DNA from: a virus
Direction: 5' to 3' (one strand)
IMG/VR virus record: IMGVR_UViG_3300038299_000184
Location: 63,788-127,787 of that record
Length of the DNA: 64,000 nucleotides
Notes under the pieces: model-generated
The model's input: the letters and a program-made list of their open reading frames with translations, nothing else
Told to the model about the DNA's origin: nothing
The model's database searches: none
Translations under genes and position numbers: made by a program
Shown here: one piece after another, positions 31,007-40,703 of the stretch
Numbering within the stretch: the stretch's first letter is position 1
How the letters are laid out: each line of letters starts with the position of its first letter

Positions 31007-31214
31007 ACACCACTGGTGTCAATTACATTATTAGGTTATGTTTAGTATTTTGTACACCACTGGTGTCAATTACATTATTAGGTTATGTTTAGTATTTTGT
31101 ACACCACTGGTGTCAATTACATTATTAGGTTATGTTTAGTATTTTGTACACCACTGGTGTCAATTACATTATTAGGTTATGTTTAGTATTTTGTACACCA
31201 CTGGTGTCAATTAC
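31007..31214. repeat. Perfect 47-bp tandem repeat, 4.4 copies
   Basis: ACACCACTGGTGTCAATTACATTATTAGGTTATGTTTAGTATTTTGT at 31007, 31054, 31101, 31148; partial at 31195. Confidence 0.97.
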
Positions 31215-31440
31215 TGGAGGATTGTTCCTACAGAGAAAGGTGGTAATACTGTACTCTCCCTCCGCATTTACTAGGTATCCTACTGTACCACCACTGTAGT
31301 ATGCCCAGTATCTCTACAGGTATCTCTATTATCCCTCCCTCCTTAATCTCTACTGGAGTATCTGACCTTGAGTGATACTGTAATACCTCTAGTGGTGTGC
31401 ATCATACTCTTAAGTATAGGCTTGACACCACTGGAGGTTA

Positions 31441-31803
31441 CTACTGAGGATATCTAGCCATATATCCATCTTCCCACTTGAATCCATGTCTACTGTAGAA
31501 CTCTAACAGTTCTTCTATTGATCCATCTATCCCTGCATCATCACCGCCCACTTCTAACTCTATTGTTACGTTGTGTGTATCTGCTAGATTAGTGAGTAGT
31601 GTGAGTGCTGTTGATGCATGTCCTTTACCTCTATGTTCTTTGTCTACATCTATATTGGATAGTTCCACTGTGTTAGGATCTAATGTACTGAAGTCTAGAT
31701 ATGCCTTACCATTGTATTGGTCTCGGAACTGTTGTGTTACTGTCTTTGAAGGAGATAGTAATGATTCGTTTATAGTTGTGATGATATTGGTGAACCTGTT
31801 CAT
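31441..31803 (-). CDS. Tag-B GNAT acetyltransferase
   Basis: MNRFTNIITTINES; IDVDKEHRGKGHAS and FYSRHGF motifs. Confidence 0.8.
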   Translation of the reverse strand: MNRFTNIITTINESLLSPSKTVTQQFRDQYNGKAYLDFSTLDPNTVELSNIDVDKEHRGKGHASTALTLLTNLADTHNVTIELEVGGDDAGIDGSIEELLEFYSRHGFKWEDGYMARYPQ

Positions 31804-31828
31804 GATCTTAATTACCTTGACACCACTG

Positions 31829-32182
31829 TTAAAATAGGTCCTTGAATACTATGAAATCCCCAAGCTTGGTTAATAATGATACCCTTAGCCAACCCTCGTC
31901 TATATCGGTATAATGCTCGGAATCTGGAACTTCTGAGTTGTATTCATTATCCACCCCTACGAACATACCCCTACGGTCTATATCTATGGTTACCCACTCA
32001 TCATCCTTAAAGGGAATGTTTAACCTCGCTTCATCAGTATTGTCGAGTTCATCGTATATATACATTTTATGTTCCCCAACCGTACCGACCTCATCGCCAT
32101 CAATAGCAACATCCTCCCAGTTCGGTTGAAGTGTGCCAATAGAGCTGAACTTGCCTAATATATCCCTAATGTATTCGGTCAT
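31829..32182 (-). CDS. Tag-C family protein 3
   Basis: C-terminus TKLGDFIVFKDLF; TAATTA-N5-ATG. Confidence 0.7.
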   Translation of the reverse strand: MTEYIRDILGKFSSIGTLQPNWEDVAIDGDEVGTVGEHKMYIYDELDNTDEARLNIPFKDDEWVTIDIDRRGMFVGVDNEYNSEVPDSEHYTDIDEGWLRVSLLTKLGDFIVFKDLF

Positions 32183-32232
32183 GATCTTAATTAGCTTGAC
32201 ACCACGGTTATTATACTCTACTCTCTTACTCT

Positions 32233-32436
32233 ATGAGTAGAGTTGTATATGATAGAGATGGTGGTGGTTGTCCTGCTTCTAATGAGGATGGTACTGTACC
32301 CGATGTGGTTGGTGATTATATCTGGATTAGAGAGACGGTTTGTTATGGTGGTTGTGGGTGTGGTGGTTGTCACACTGTATCTAATGAATACCCCATTGAT
32401 GGTGGTAGATTCTACTGGGTTGAAGAATGCGGTTGA
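32233..32436 (+). CDS. Small Cys/Gly-rich protein
   Basis: CYGGCGCGGCH; ATG 37 nt after TTGACA at 32196. Confidence 0.5.
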   Translation: MSRVVYDRDGGGCPASNEDGTVPDVVGDYIWIRETVCYGGCGCGGCHTVSNEYPIDGGRFYWVEECG

Positions 32437-32447
32437 CACCACTGGTA

Positions 32448-32935
32448 TTATAGCTCTGGGTACTCCGATAAGTCTGGGGTGTTACTCAGTGCACTAACCA
32501 ATTGTGTTTGTATCTGTGGTAGTGTATCTGTGGTAGTTATATTCCACTTAGGTTGTTCATGACTGTTAGATGTATTATCATGGTTTGAGAATCTAACGGT
32601 AAACATAGTATCAGTGGATACATTGTAATATACCTCTGGGTAATCCTCTGATAGATCAACTGTTGGTGTTATATCAAAATAGAAACTACTCAAACTACCT
32701 GCACTTGCCACAGATACATCATACCCATAAGGTTCGAATATTCCTTTGACTACAGGTAGTGCATTTTCTTCTGCTTCCAACATAGAGTACTTAGATGTAC
32801 TATTGGCATACTCCTGTATAATATCATATAATCGTTTTGATAAATCGGGCACACCACTTATTGAATTTATGATAGGGGTGGTGTTGATGACACACTCTCT
32901 AGTATGGCTGTGATGATGTTGGTGAACTTGTTCAT
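32448..32935 (-). pseudogene. Tag-B gene split by a 1-nt frameshift
   Basis: MNKFTNIITAILESVSSTPPLS* (32935-32867); -1 frame at CCACCCC continues into ORF 32448..32852. Confidence 0.6.
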
Positions 32936-32977
32936 GATCTTAATTAGCTTGACACCACTGGGTATTATGCTAACATA
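32921..32977. repeat. Duplicated tag + bidirectional promoter module (copy of 34079-34135)
   Basis: 54/57 nt identical: GGTGAACTTGTTCATGAT.TTAATTAG.TTGACACCACTG.GTATTATGCTAACATA. Confidence 0.9.
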
Positions 32978-33090
32978 TTCATCTAAAGTCATGGTGATAC
33001 TTAATATCTGAAATTAGTGGTGTCAACACCATTGGAGTGCTACTGTAATACCTACAGTGGTGAACCTGTACCAGTTGTATTATGATTAGA

Positions 33091-33612
33091 TTAAATCCAC
33101 CGTATCTGTGATGTATTAAATACCACATGAACATCCCCTTTAATGAAACCACCCTCTTCTAGGTTTTTAGCGACGATGCCATCATATTGTGGTAGTTTGG
33201 TATGAACCCAGTTTACTAGTTCATCAATACCTACTGATTGTCTATACTCCCAGTATTCTGGAAATGAATATTCATCATCCCAAATGTTGAAATACTCTAG
33301 GAACTCTATGAACTGTTGTTCACCCTCTTTGGTGTCCATATCATAACCTAGTATATCATATAATGGTAGATCAGCCCAGTTTTCATTATGTGCATCAAAT
33401 ATGAATGGGGTTTCCATGATTAACTTCGCTGGTTTGACGGTTCCTGTGTCACCAGAGAAATGTTTGGCTATATCCTTGTTGGTTGAGAAGAATATACCTC
33501 TTTTTGTATTGTGACCCTTATCAAACTCTTTTGAAGATCCGTGGTATACCACTGGTGATCTATAACCTGTTGACTCCATGATGGTGTGGATGGTATTGGT
33601 AAACTTACTCAT
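33091..33612 (-). CDS. Tag-B ADP-ribosyltransferase-like (ART-PolyVal-type) protein
   Basis: MSKFTNTIHTIMES; VYHGS, GIFFSTNKDIA, YDGIV, VVFNTSQI. Confidence 0.7.
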   Translation of the reverse strand: MSKFTNTIHTIMESTGYRSPVVYHGSSKEFDKGHNTKRGIFFSTNKDIAKHFSGDTGTVKPAKLIMETPFIFDAHNENWADLPLYDILGYDMDTKEGEQQFIEFLEYFNIWDDEYSFPEYWEYRQSVGIDELVNWVHTKLPQYDGIVAKNLEEGGFIKGDVHVVFNTSQIRWI

Positions 33613-33616
33613 GATC

Positions 33617-34093
33617 TTATAGTGATGTGTTCACTTGGTCATCAGTAACTCCTACTGATTTTACAGGGTTCTTCATGCGCTCGGTAACTCCTACTCTAAT
33701 ATCTTGTGTGAAATCATTAATTGTCTTACCTATAGCTACAAGTATTTCATTACTGGGTTTAGTGGTACTATTACTATTCATAACGTTGTTGTATGCCTTG
33801 TTTAGATCCTCCTTGAAATTATACATCCTTCCTGTAACAGCACCAATAATCCTGTTGGTCATATGGTCGTATTGTTCTTGTGGTTCGTATAGTATCTTCC
33901 CTGTATCGTCTCTGTATGGTTGGTCTGTAAGTCCTCTCTGTAGGTGTTCCCCCCCTTTAACTAATCTGGTACTTATACCGTCATTAATATTATTGAATGT
34001 TTTAGCAGCAGCATCAACATTCTTGAATGTTTTATTAGCAGTATTGTCAATCTTTGATAGTATGCCCTCTATTATAGTGGTGAACTTGTTCAT
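33617..34093 (-). CDS. Tag-B protein (MNKFTTIIEGIL), unknown cargo
   Basis: Leader plus TAATTA-N5-ATG. Confidence 0.65.
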   Translation of the reverse strand: MNKFTTIIEGILSKIDNTANKTFKNVDAAAKTFNNINDGISTRLVKGGEHLQRGLTDQPYRDDTGKILYEPQEQYDHMTNRIIGAVTGRMYNFKEDLNKAYNNVMNSNSTTKPSNEILVAIGKTINDFTQDIRVGVTERMKNPVKSVGVTDDQVNTSL

Positions 34094-34143
34094 GATATTA
34101 ATTAGGTTGACACCACTGAGTATTATGCTAACATACTGAAACT

Positions 34144-34551
34144 ATGGCTAATAAAGATAAATTACTAAAGCTCGCAGACTTCCTAACCTCACTAAAGACC
34201 GAGGAGTTCGATTACTCTATTATTGTGGAAGAATTTGATCGTGATAAGAGGTGTGGTACCGTGTGTTGTGCTGTTGGGTGGTTACCCGCTGTATTCCCAG
34301 AAGAGGCAGTATGGGATGGTGGATACTCTATCACAACACCCACCCAAAATTTGCTTGCATTCGAGACCGCCGAGCATATTTTAGATATCACACAAACGGA
34401 GGCTGAAGGGTTATTCGAACCAAATGATCAAGAACGACTTCGAGACCAATTCAAGGTTGGGGAGGATGTGTTTCCAGATTTGGGTGATGATGCAACGCCT
34501 ATTGAGGTTGCTGATATGATTCGTAAGTTCGTCGAGCTATCTTGTAAATAA
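34144..34551 (+). CDS. Hypothetical early protein (CGTVCCAxGW family), copy 1
   Basis: Paralogue of 41768..42190. Confidence 0.7.
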   Translation: MANKDKLLKLADFLTSLKTEEFDYSIIVEEFDRDKRCGTVCCAVGWLPAVFPEEAVWDGGYSITTPTQNLLAFETAEHILDITQTEAEGLFEPNDQERLRDQFKVGEDVFPDLGDDATPIEVADMIRKFVELSCK

Positions 34552-34589
34552 CCTCTTGACACCACTGTGTAAATCTGCATACTACCCAC

Positions 34590-34841
34590 ATGAGCAACAC
34601 AGATATCAATAGAGACACAATTCCATTACACACAGGCAGGGCTATTCTTAATATTAACCAAGTGAGGAATCGCCTACTCCGACCCAATTGTCGGTCTGAC
34701 TATGACACCATTGAGGAGTATGATGAGCATATTCGTGCTTTGAATGAGTCAAACTTGGGCTATCTAGATGACAGTCTTGAGGAGCTTAATGCTCTGAGAG
34801 ATATTGCGTCACAGAACTACAGAGATACCTTTAGTGAGTAA
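34590..34841 (+). CDS. Hypothetical protein
   Basis: ATG 34 nt after TTGACA at 34556. Confidence 0.55.
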   Translation: MSNTDINRDTIPLHTGRAILNINQVRNRLLRPNCRSDYDTIEEYDEHIRALNESNLGYLDDSLEELNALRDIASQNYRDTFSE

Positions 34842-35044
34842 CACCACTGTGGCACACGACAGGTGGGTTATACGGGTTATACCCATACTGTAACCCAAAG
34901 CAATTTACAGCCATTTCTAGGTACCTCAGCGTTCCTTAAATGGCTGTTTCTATGTTGGTAGTAAAACAGGGTGGTTATAAGAGGGTTAAAATAGGTGTAA
35001 ATAATCGTTGACACCTATGTGGTTCGCATCTAGCTTATGAATAT

Positions 35045-36496
35045 ATGAAGATTATGGTGAATGGGATTAATACAAATAATGCTCGATCAATCCTTGGAGA
35101 ATTTTGGTTGGCTCATGGTGATGAATATGGCTATGACCGTATGGTTTATGTTAAAACCACACAGAAGGTTATCATCACATGCAGGATACACGGGGACTTC
35201 AAACAAACTCCCCATAAGCACAAAAACGGGCAAGGGTGTCCAAAATGTTCTAAGGCTAAGGCTTGTGTTAATATTCGTGCCAAGAAGTCACAATCAATCC
35301 TTGGGGAGTTCCATTTGGCTCATGGCTATGATAACTATGACTATAGTAAAATGATTTATGTTAAATCCACACAGAAGGTTATCATCACATGCAGGATACA
35401 CGGTGATTTCAAACAAACCCCTAGTAAGCATAAAAATGGACAAGGTTGTCCCGAATGTGCTAATGCTAAGGCTGGTGATATTCTTCGTTTGGATCATGAT
35501 ACGGTCATTAACGGTTTTAAGAGAGTTCATGGCGATGATACATATGACTATAACAGTGTTGATTATATTAATAACAATACCCATGTGTTAATCATCTGTA
35601 AAGAGCATGGTGTATTCTCACAAACCCCAGCTATGCACATTAGGGGTAGGGGGTGTAGGAAATGTGCCAATATTAGAATGCAAAGTATAATGTCACTTGA
35701 CCAAGAGACCGTACTTCAAGAATTCAGACGGGTACACGGGAATGATACCTATGACTATAGCGGGGTCGTTTATACTGGTACTAACACGTATGTGGATATC
35801 ATCTGTAAAACTCACGGTGTATTCAAACAAACACCTACAAGTCACAGATCGGGTTCTGGGTGTCCTAAATGTGGTGATGCTAAAACTGGTGATAAATTAA
35901 GGAAAACTGGTGATCAAGTGATTAAAGAGTTCAACCTCATATACGGGGAGGGCACCTATGATTATAGTAAGATGGATTATGTCAATGCCAATGATCGTGT
36001 GGATATCATATGTAAGGAACATGGTTTATTCTCACAATGTCCTACAAACCACAGGAGGGGGCACGGGTGTCCTAAATGTAGTAGAAATCATCGTACAGAG
36101 TATGGAGTACAAGAAACTTGTGCAAATCTATTCGAAATGTGTCATAACCAAGTACATGTCAAACTTGGGGGTAGTTGTGGTTACTATGATATCTTAATCA
36201 ATGACTCGCACTACATTGAGGTGCATGGCGAACAGCACTACACCGCTGATAACTATTTCCATCGTATCCACAGGAAACTAGACCAACCTCAATCATATAA
36301 CAAACTCAGAGCTACTGACCGTGCCAAGGTAGATGCCTCACTAGCTGATGGTAAACCACTACTTGAGCTGTCACTACCATTCATCAAGAACACCACTGAA
36401 GATGAACTCAAGCAATTGATCAAGGATTTCGTTGATAACAAACTACCAGCTAGGCGTAAGACTCGTGGTACTGGTTATAGTGTATATTTACCTTGA
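35045..36496 (+). CDS. DUF723-repeat (Hef-like) putative homing endonuclease
   Basis: Five YDY...IICxxHGxFxQxPxxHxxGxGCPxC repeats; C-terminal YDI..IEVHGEQHY nuclease motif. Confidence 0.75.
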   Translation: MKIMVNGINTNNARSILGEFWLAHGDEYGYDRMVYVKTTQKVIITCRIHGDFKQTPHKHKNGQGCPKCSKAKACVNIRAKKSQSILGEFHLAHGYDNYDYSKMIYVKSTQKVIITCRIHGDFKQTPSKHKNGQGCPECANAKAGDILRLDHDTVINGFKRVHGDDTYDYNSVDYINNNTHVLIICKEHGVFSQTPAMHIRGRGCRKCANIRMQSIMSLDQETVLQEFRRVHGNDTYDYSGVVYTGTNTYVDIICKTHGVFKQTPTSHRSGSGCPKCGDAKTGDKLRKTGDQVIKEFNLIYGEGTYDYSKMDYVNANDRVDIICKEHGLFSQCPTNHRRGHGCPKCSRNHRTEYGVQETCANLFEMCHNQVHVKLGGSCGYYDILINDSHYIEVHGEQHYTADNYFHRIHRKLDQPQSYNKLRATDRAKVDASLADGKPLLELSLPFIKNTTEDELKQLIKDFVDNKLPARRKTRGTGYSVYLP

Positions 36497-36528
36497 CACC
36501 ACTGTGGTGTCTTGATAACATTTAGTTT

Positions 36529-37041
36529 ATGTTAGAATTCGAAATAAGTGCAGAGCAATACAAACGTGGCAGGGAGTTGTACAACTTCTATAACATCAAA
36601 GATTCCATTACCAAAGGCGAGAGTCAGATATATGGTGCTATGGGTGAGGTGGTAGTATCGGACTACTTAGGTATACCATTGAAGAATACCAAGGATTATG
36701 ATATTGTCATTGGTAGTATGACATTTGATGTGAAGACCAAGAAGACTACCGTCAAGCCACAGCCCCACTATCTAGCATCCACAGCCGATACATCAATCCA
36801 TCAAGATTGCGGTGGTTACATATTCTGTCGGGTAAGTGCCAACTTTGATAAGTGTTGGGTGATGGGCGTGACTAGTAGTAAGACATTTTATAAAACCTCA
36901 TCATTCGACCTTAAAGGTAGTGTTGACCCATCATCAGACAGGGGTTGGACGTTTAAGGCTGATTCATACAATCTACCATATTCAGAATTAAACTGCCTAT
37001 CCACTATAAAAAAGGTACTGGGTGGTAATAAAGAGGGTTGA
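36529..37041 (+). CDS. PD-(D/E)xK nuclease-like protein
   Basis: GAMGE...YDIVI...DVKTK. Confidence 0.55.
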   Translation: MLEFEISAEQYKRGRELYNFYNIKDSITKGESQIYGAMGEVVVSDYLGIPLKNTKDYDIVIGSMTFDVKTKKTTVKPQPHYLASTADTSIHQDCGGYIFCRVSANFDKCWVMGVTSSKTFYKTSSFDLKGSVDPSSDRGWTFKADSYNLPYSELNCLSTIKKVLGGNKEG

Positions 37042-37072
37042 CACCACTGAGTATATCTGTAGGGTGTGGCTG

Positions 37073-37405
37073 ATGAAAGCAATTATCGTAAAGTTCAACA
37101 ATGAAGTAAATGGCTCACAGTATGTTATCGCACCAGTTCGACGCATTACAGAGAGCGTAGCGGCTCTCGATCTGGATGCCTTGTTTGACGCTACAGGTGT
37201 CAGCTACAAGTTTATCAGCAATGGTGACGTGAAGTCTCTGAATTATCCATCGGAAGTCCTCGAAGGTTGGGGAGTTGACAATGGGAGTGATCTGATCGAC
37301 ATCCTATTTGATTGTGGTGAGTTGTTCATTGATAGTGAGCTGTTGGAAACCACACTCCGACACCACTACGTTAACTCCTCATATAAGGAACACACCCTTG
37401 CATAA
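37073..37405 (+). CDS. Hypothetical protein
   Basis: Start after TTGACA at 37038. Confidence 0.55.
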   Translation: MKAIIVKFNNEVNGSQYVIAPVRRITESVAALDLDALFDATGVSYKFISNGDVKSLNYPSEVLEGWGVDNGSDLIDILFDCGELFIDSELLETTLRHHYVNSSYKEHTLA

Positions 37406-37420
37406 TACATAAATAAACAT

Positions 37421-37759
37421 ATGAGCAAATTTAATGAGACTATTACTGGCATTATGAATGAGACTAAAAGCAGTAGCAGACCTAAGAAGAATACTCATAA
37501 AGAGACTGAACTTGACCCTGCTGACTATAAACTAGCGGGTGGTGGTCGTATCGGTTCATTGACCAAGATTGATGGGCATGACCGAGTTCATTACATCGGA
37601 ATGATCAACTTCACTGATAAGGTACAAGCTAGATCTCGGAAAGAACGGGGTAAAATGGAGACCGTTGATCGTCATCGGACAATGCACGTATACTGGGACA
37701 AGGACATGAATTGTATCCATGACCTTAATGGATTTGATGGAACATTGGTGAAACTATGA
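37421..37759 (+). CDS. Tag-B protein (MSKFNETITGIMNE)
   Basis: Leader; TAAATA-N5-ATG variant promoter. Confidence 0.65.
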   Translation: MSKFNETITGIMNETKSSSRPKKNTHKETELDPADYKLAGGGRIGSLTKIDGHDRVHYIGMINFTDKVQARSRKERGKMETVDRHRTMHVYWDKDMNCIHDLNGFDGTLVKL

Positions 37760-38097
37760 AGACTGTAAAGAAACATGAAGCGGTAGCCTTCTATGATACT
37801 GGTGACAACCAAGCCAGTGATTACAAGCACTACTGTGAGCTGAAGGAAGGTTGGGTATTTGCCTATGGTAGAGCCGAGGGTTGTAGTTCCATGTTCTTCA
37901 ACACACTGAATGAGTTCGCCTATGCTGAACCTATGAGATTTAAGGATGGACACTACTGTGTTTAACCTGTAGTATTATACCCTTATGGAAATAACTATTG
38001 ATTTGTGGGAGATAATGGTGTGGGTGGCTAAGGTAGGTACCGTGGGTATTATAAGCATTATGTTGTTTATTTGGTTCTTTATGGGGTTTAGATAAAT

Positions 38098-38319
38098 ATG
38101 AGTGATTACGATACTGTGGAAATTAGGGGTGCTATTATAGACTGTATGTATAAGCGTGTGGGTAGTGGTAAGTATGCTTGGATTTACCTCATGGGTGATC
38201 TAGCTACCCACTACCCTCATATTGAGATATCATCTATGAGTAAACTATTAGAACCCATGACCACTCTTGAGGACAGTAAGGTGATTACCAGCTTTAGATC
38301 ATTTGGGTTTATTAGTTGA
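38098..38319 (+). CDS. Hypothetical protein; frame stays open past TGA to 38553
   Basis: See finding on in-frame TGA. Confidence 0.45.
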   Translation: MSDYDTVEIRGAIIDCMYKRVGSGKYAWIYLMGDLATHYPHIEISSMSKLLEPMTTLEDSKVITSFRSFGFIS

Positions 38320-38561
38320 CACCACGGGTTAATAGATGAGGTCATTCACTATCATGATGGTGATTTCAACACCAAGTGTGGTAAGGTATGTAGGGCTATT
38401 ACACAAGCTGAGTTATACCGACCTCGTTGTACGTGTGCTGCTTGCTTCAACTCATTTCCACTTCCAGAACCGTTTGTGCGTAAAGATGGTGATATACCAA
38501 TCCCTTTATTTCTACCACCAAAAATAACTTGTTTTACCCCAGCATATACATAATTAACCAT

Positions 38562-38870
38562 ATGAACAAATTTGATGAAATAGTAAATAGTATCCTAGGA
38601 ACCCGCCAGTTAGTTTCAGAGTCAACTGGTGAGTACACCTTTGATAAGTACAGTGAAGATCGCGGTGCTGTTATTTACAAGCTAAGGCGTGATGGTGTGT
38701 ACGTGTTGTGCGTAACTCAATATAGAGGTTCATCCGATGTAGTCACCACATACACAGACCCACTAGCTGATGGTCTGAAGGTCGATAACAACCCCGACCA
38801 ACCACTTGATGATTCATTTGATAAGAAACAATTCAGAAGTGTGGAGCAACTAAGAGCTGTACTACCGTAG
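38562..38870 (+). CDS. Tag-B protein (MNKFDEIVNSIL...ES)
   Basis: TAATTA-N5-ATG defines start. Confidence 0.65.
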   Translation: MNKFDEIVNSILGTRQLVSESTGEYTFDKYSEDRGAVIYKLRRDGVYVLCVTQYRGSSDVVTTYTDPLADGLKVDNNPDQPLDDSFDKKQFRSVEQLRAVLP

Positions 38871-38886
38871 TAACCGATCAACAAGT

Positions 38887-38917
38887 AGACACATCCATTA
38901 AGTTGGGTGGGTCTTTT
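38887..38917 (+). terminator. Intrinsic terminator (duplicate of 39321)
   Basis: AGACACATCC-ATTAAGTT-GGGTGGGTCTTTT. Confidence 0.65.
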
Positions 38918-38974
38918 ATTTGGTATTAGTGATTTAGTTGTTGACGTACTAGTGGTGTGTGCTAATTTACACCC

Positions 38975-39304
38975 ATGTCCAACACATTACTTCCTACTAC
39001 TCCACTCATCGCCCAGCAGACTCCACGTTTCATCGATGGTGAATACGGTGCAAGATTCGTCTGGACATTCCTTCTTGATGACGCACGCACAATGGAGCTT
39101 CAACTTGGTAATTGGGGTGAGATCGATGCTAAGGTTGATGGTCGTATGTTCTACGCATCAGAGGTCGAAGAGGCTGTGGGTAACTTCAGATTCTTCGTAC
39201 CATTTGCTGAAGGTTTGGTTGCATACCGTCATCTTGTAGCTGGTATGAAGGAGGGTGTTTACGCTGGTTGTTTCTCTAAGGCATATGCACAGCAGCAAGG
39301 TTAA
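38975..39304 (+). CDS. Hypothetical early protein
   Basis: ATG 34 nt after TTGACG at 38941. Confidence 0.6.
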   Translation: MSNTLLPTTPLIAQQTPRFIDGEYGARFVWTFLLDDARTMELQLGNWGEIDAKVDGRMFYASEVEEAVGNFRFFVPFAEGLVAYRHLVAGMKEGVYAGCFSKAYAQQQG

Positions 39305-39320
39305 CACCAATATTTAAACA

Positions 39321-39353
39321 AAGACCCATCCATTAAGTTGGGTGGGTCTTTTT
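39321..39353 (+). terminator. Intrinsic terminator followed directly by TTGACA
   Basis: AAGACCCATCC-ATTAAGTT-GGGTGGGTCTTTTT. Confidence 0.75.
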
Positions 39354-39431
39354 GGTTGACACCTACCACTGGTGTGTTACATATTCCCCCAGAACGACCC
39401 CACCAGTGGTGAGGTCAACAAATTATTTACT

Positions 39432-39764
39432 ATGACATATCAAGAACAATACGAGAAGGATTTTAAAGATCTTAGAATTTCCGAGGATCTACTAGATGAG
39501 TTGGTAGACAACTGTGGTAAACCCGAGGTGGTTGGTACTAAACACACTGGTGTTGCATTCAAATACGAATACAATGACAAGGTGTATCTCATTAGGAGGA
39601 CGGGTACACAGCCCCATAGCATCACAGAACACTGGATCGAAGTCACCGATGCACAGAAATCCAAAACTGTGTACAGGTTACATAGAGTAAACTGGATCGA
39701 GTTCCAGAAGTGGGTTGGTAACCAAGTCGCCTGTATCCAGTCAGTTTATAATAAAAGACCCTAG
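39432..39764 (+). CDS. Hypothetical protein
   Basis: ORF downstream of promoter. Confidence 0.5.
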   Translation: MTYQEQYEKDFKDLRISEDLLDELVDNCGKPEVVGTKHTGVAFKYEYNDKVYLIRRTGTQPHSITEHWIEVTDAQKSKTVYRLHRVNWIEFQKWVGNQVACIQSVYNKRP

Positions 39765-39948
39765 CCCCAATGTGTCTAGTGTTTCATTAGACCCTTAATA
39801 AACAGTTGCCGCTTCTGTCCACATACTGTCCGAACGTGTAGGTACAGCGTTTACAGCATGTTGAAACACTACTAAATGTGGTACTAAAGTCTTGGCCACT
39901 TAGATTTAGTGTTGACACCACTGGTATATTACTGTAATATCTATTACT

Positions 39949-40248
39949 ATGATTACCATAAAAGAACGAGTATATGGTGCCGACCCTAAAGTAGACACCG
40001 TAAAAGATATAGAAGAGCTTCTTGCCCTTGATTGGGTCAAGGTGTATGGAGAACGTTGTACGGATGAGGGTGACAAGATGTGTCATGCTCTAAATGTCAG
40101 TACCACATCAGTACTACTCATATGTATGAGCGGTTGGGATGAAGACACTGGTAAGTACGCTACGTGGAACCCTATTGGCTACGTCACCACTGATGGTGAT
40201 GAGCTTGAATCCCTTCCTAGGTTTGATGACCTCAAGTCTAACACTTAA
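39949..40248 (+). CDS. Hypothetical protein
   Basis: ATG 37 nt after TTGACA at 39912. Confidence 0.55.
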   Translation: MITIKERVYGADPKVDTVKDIEELLALDWVKVYGERCTDEGDKMCHALNVSTTSVLLICMSGWDEDTGKYATWNPIGYVTTDGDELESLPRFDDLKSNT

Positions 40249-40685
40249 AGTTGTTGGTTGATACTCAAGTCATCACTGTTGAATACTATACCTTGGTGTT
40301 CCTCTTCGACATATAGACCACCGTAGCCATCATCTATGAAATGTTGTTGGGTCAGTTGCTCTGCTTCACTCGCCATGGGTATACCACCCCACTCACCACC
40401 ATTCTCAGATTGTAGTTTGTCATAGAAGTGGCTCCTTACAGTTAGATAGTCATCCTTGTCAGTCTCCTTGAGATTGGTGTTGATGGTTACCTCGTAGACC
40501 TCACCAGTATAGTTATGCTCGTCATCTTTGGTGAAATCAACCGCCAAGTCTTTGTTCTTGGTGATGTACACACCTTTACCCAGCTCACCACCTTGTGAGG
40601 CTCTGAGTTCTGTCAATCCTTTGAGGCTGCTACCGTGATAATAAGTGTCCCTTGTATATTGCTCGTAGAATGTTTTGAAGTCCAT
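40245..40685 (-). CDS. Tag-B ADP-ribosyltransferase-like protein
   Basis: MDFKTFYEQ leader; YYHGS, GELGKGVYIT...LA, GEVYEV, GYGG, IVFN. Confidence 0.7.
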   Translation of the reverse strand: MDFKTFYEQYTRDTYYHGSSLKGLTELRASQGGELGKGVYITKNKDLAVDFTKDDEHNYTGEVYEVTINTNLKETDKDDYLTVRSHFYDKLQSENGGEWGGIPMASEAEQLTQQHFIDDGYGGLYVEEEHQGIVFNSDDLSINQQL

Positions 40686-40703
40686 GATATTAATTAGTTA
40701 ACC

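Larger units (their letters stand above)
30110..31440. other. 1.3-kb non-coding, repeat-rich region (candidate replication origin or genome terminus)
   Basis: No ORF >=60 aa in an otherwise gene-dense window; multiple short repeat families; tandem array. Confidence 0.45.

Noticed and set aside
31007-31214. Possible CRISPR array (palindromic repeat with regular period)
   Set aside because: Intervening sequences are identical (pure tandem repeat), and no cas genes are in the window.
17229-34093. Integron cassette array
   Set aside because: No integrase or attC-like sites; genes carry their own promoters and occur on both strands.
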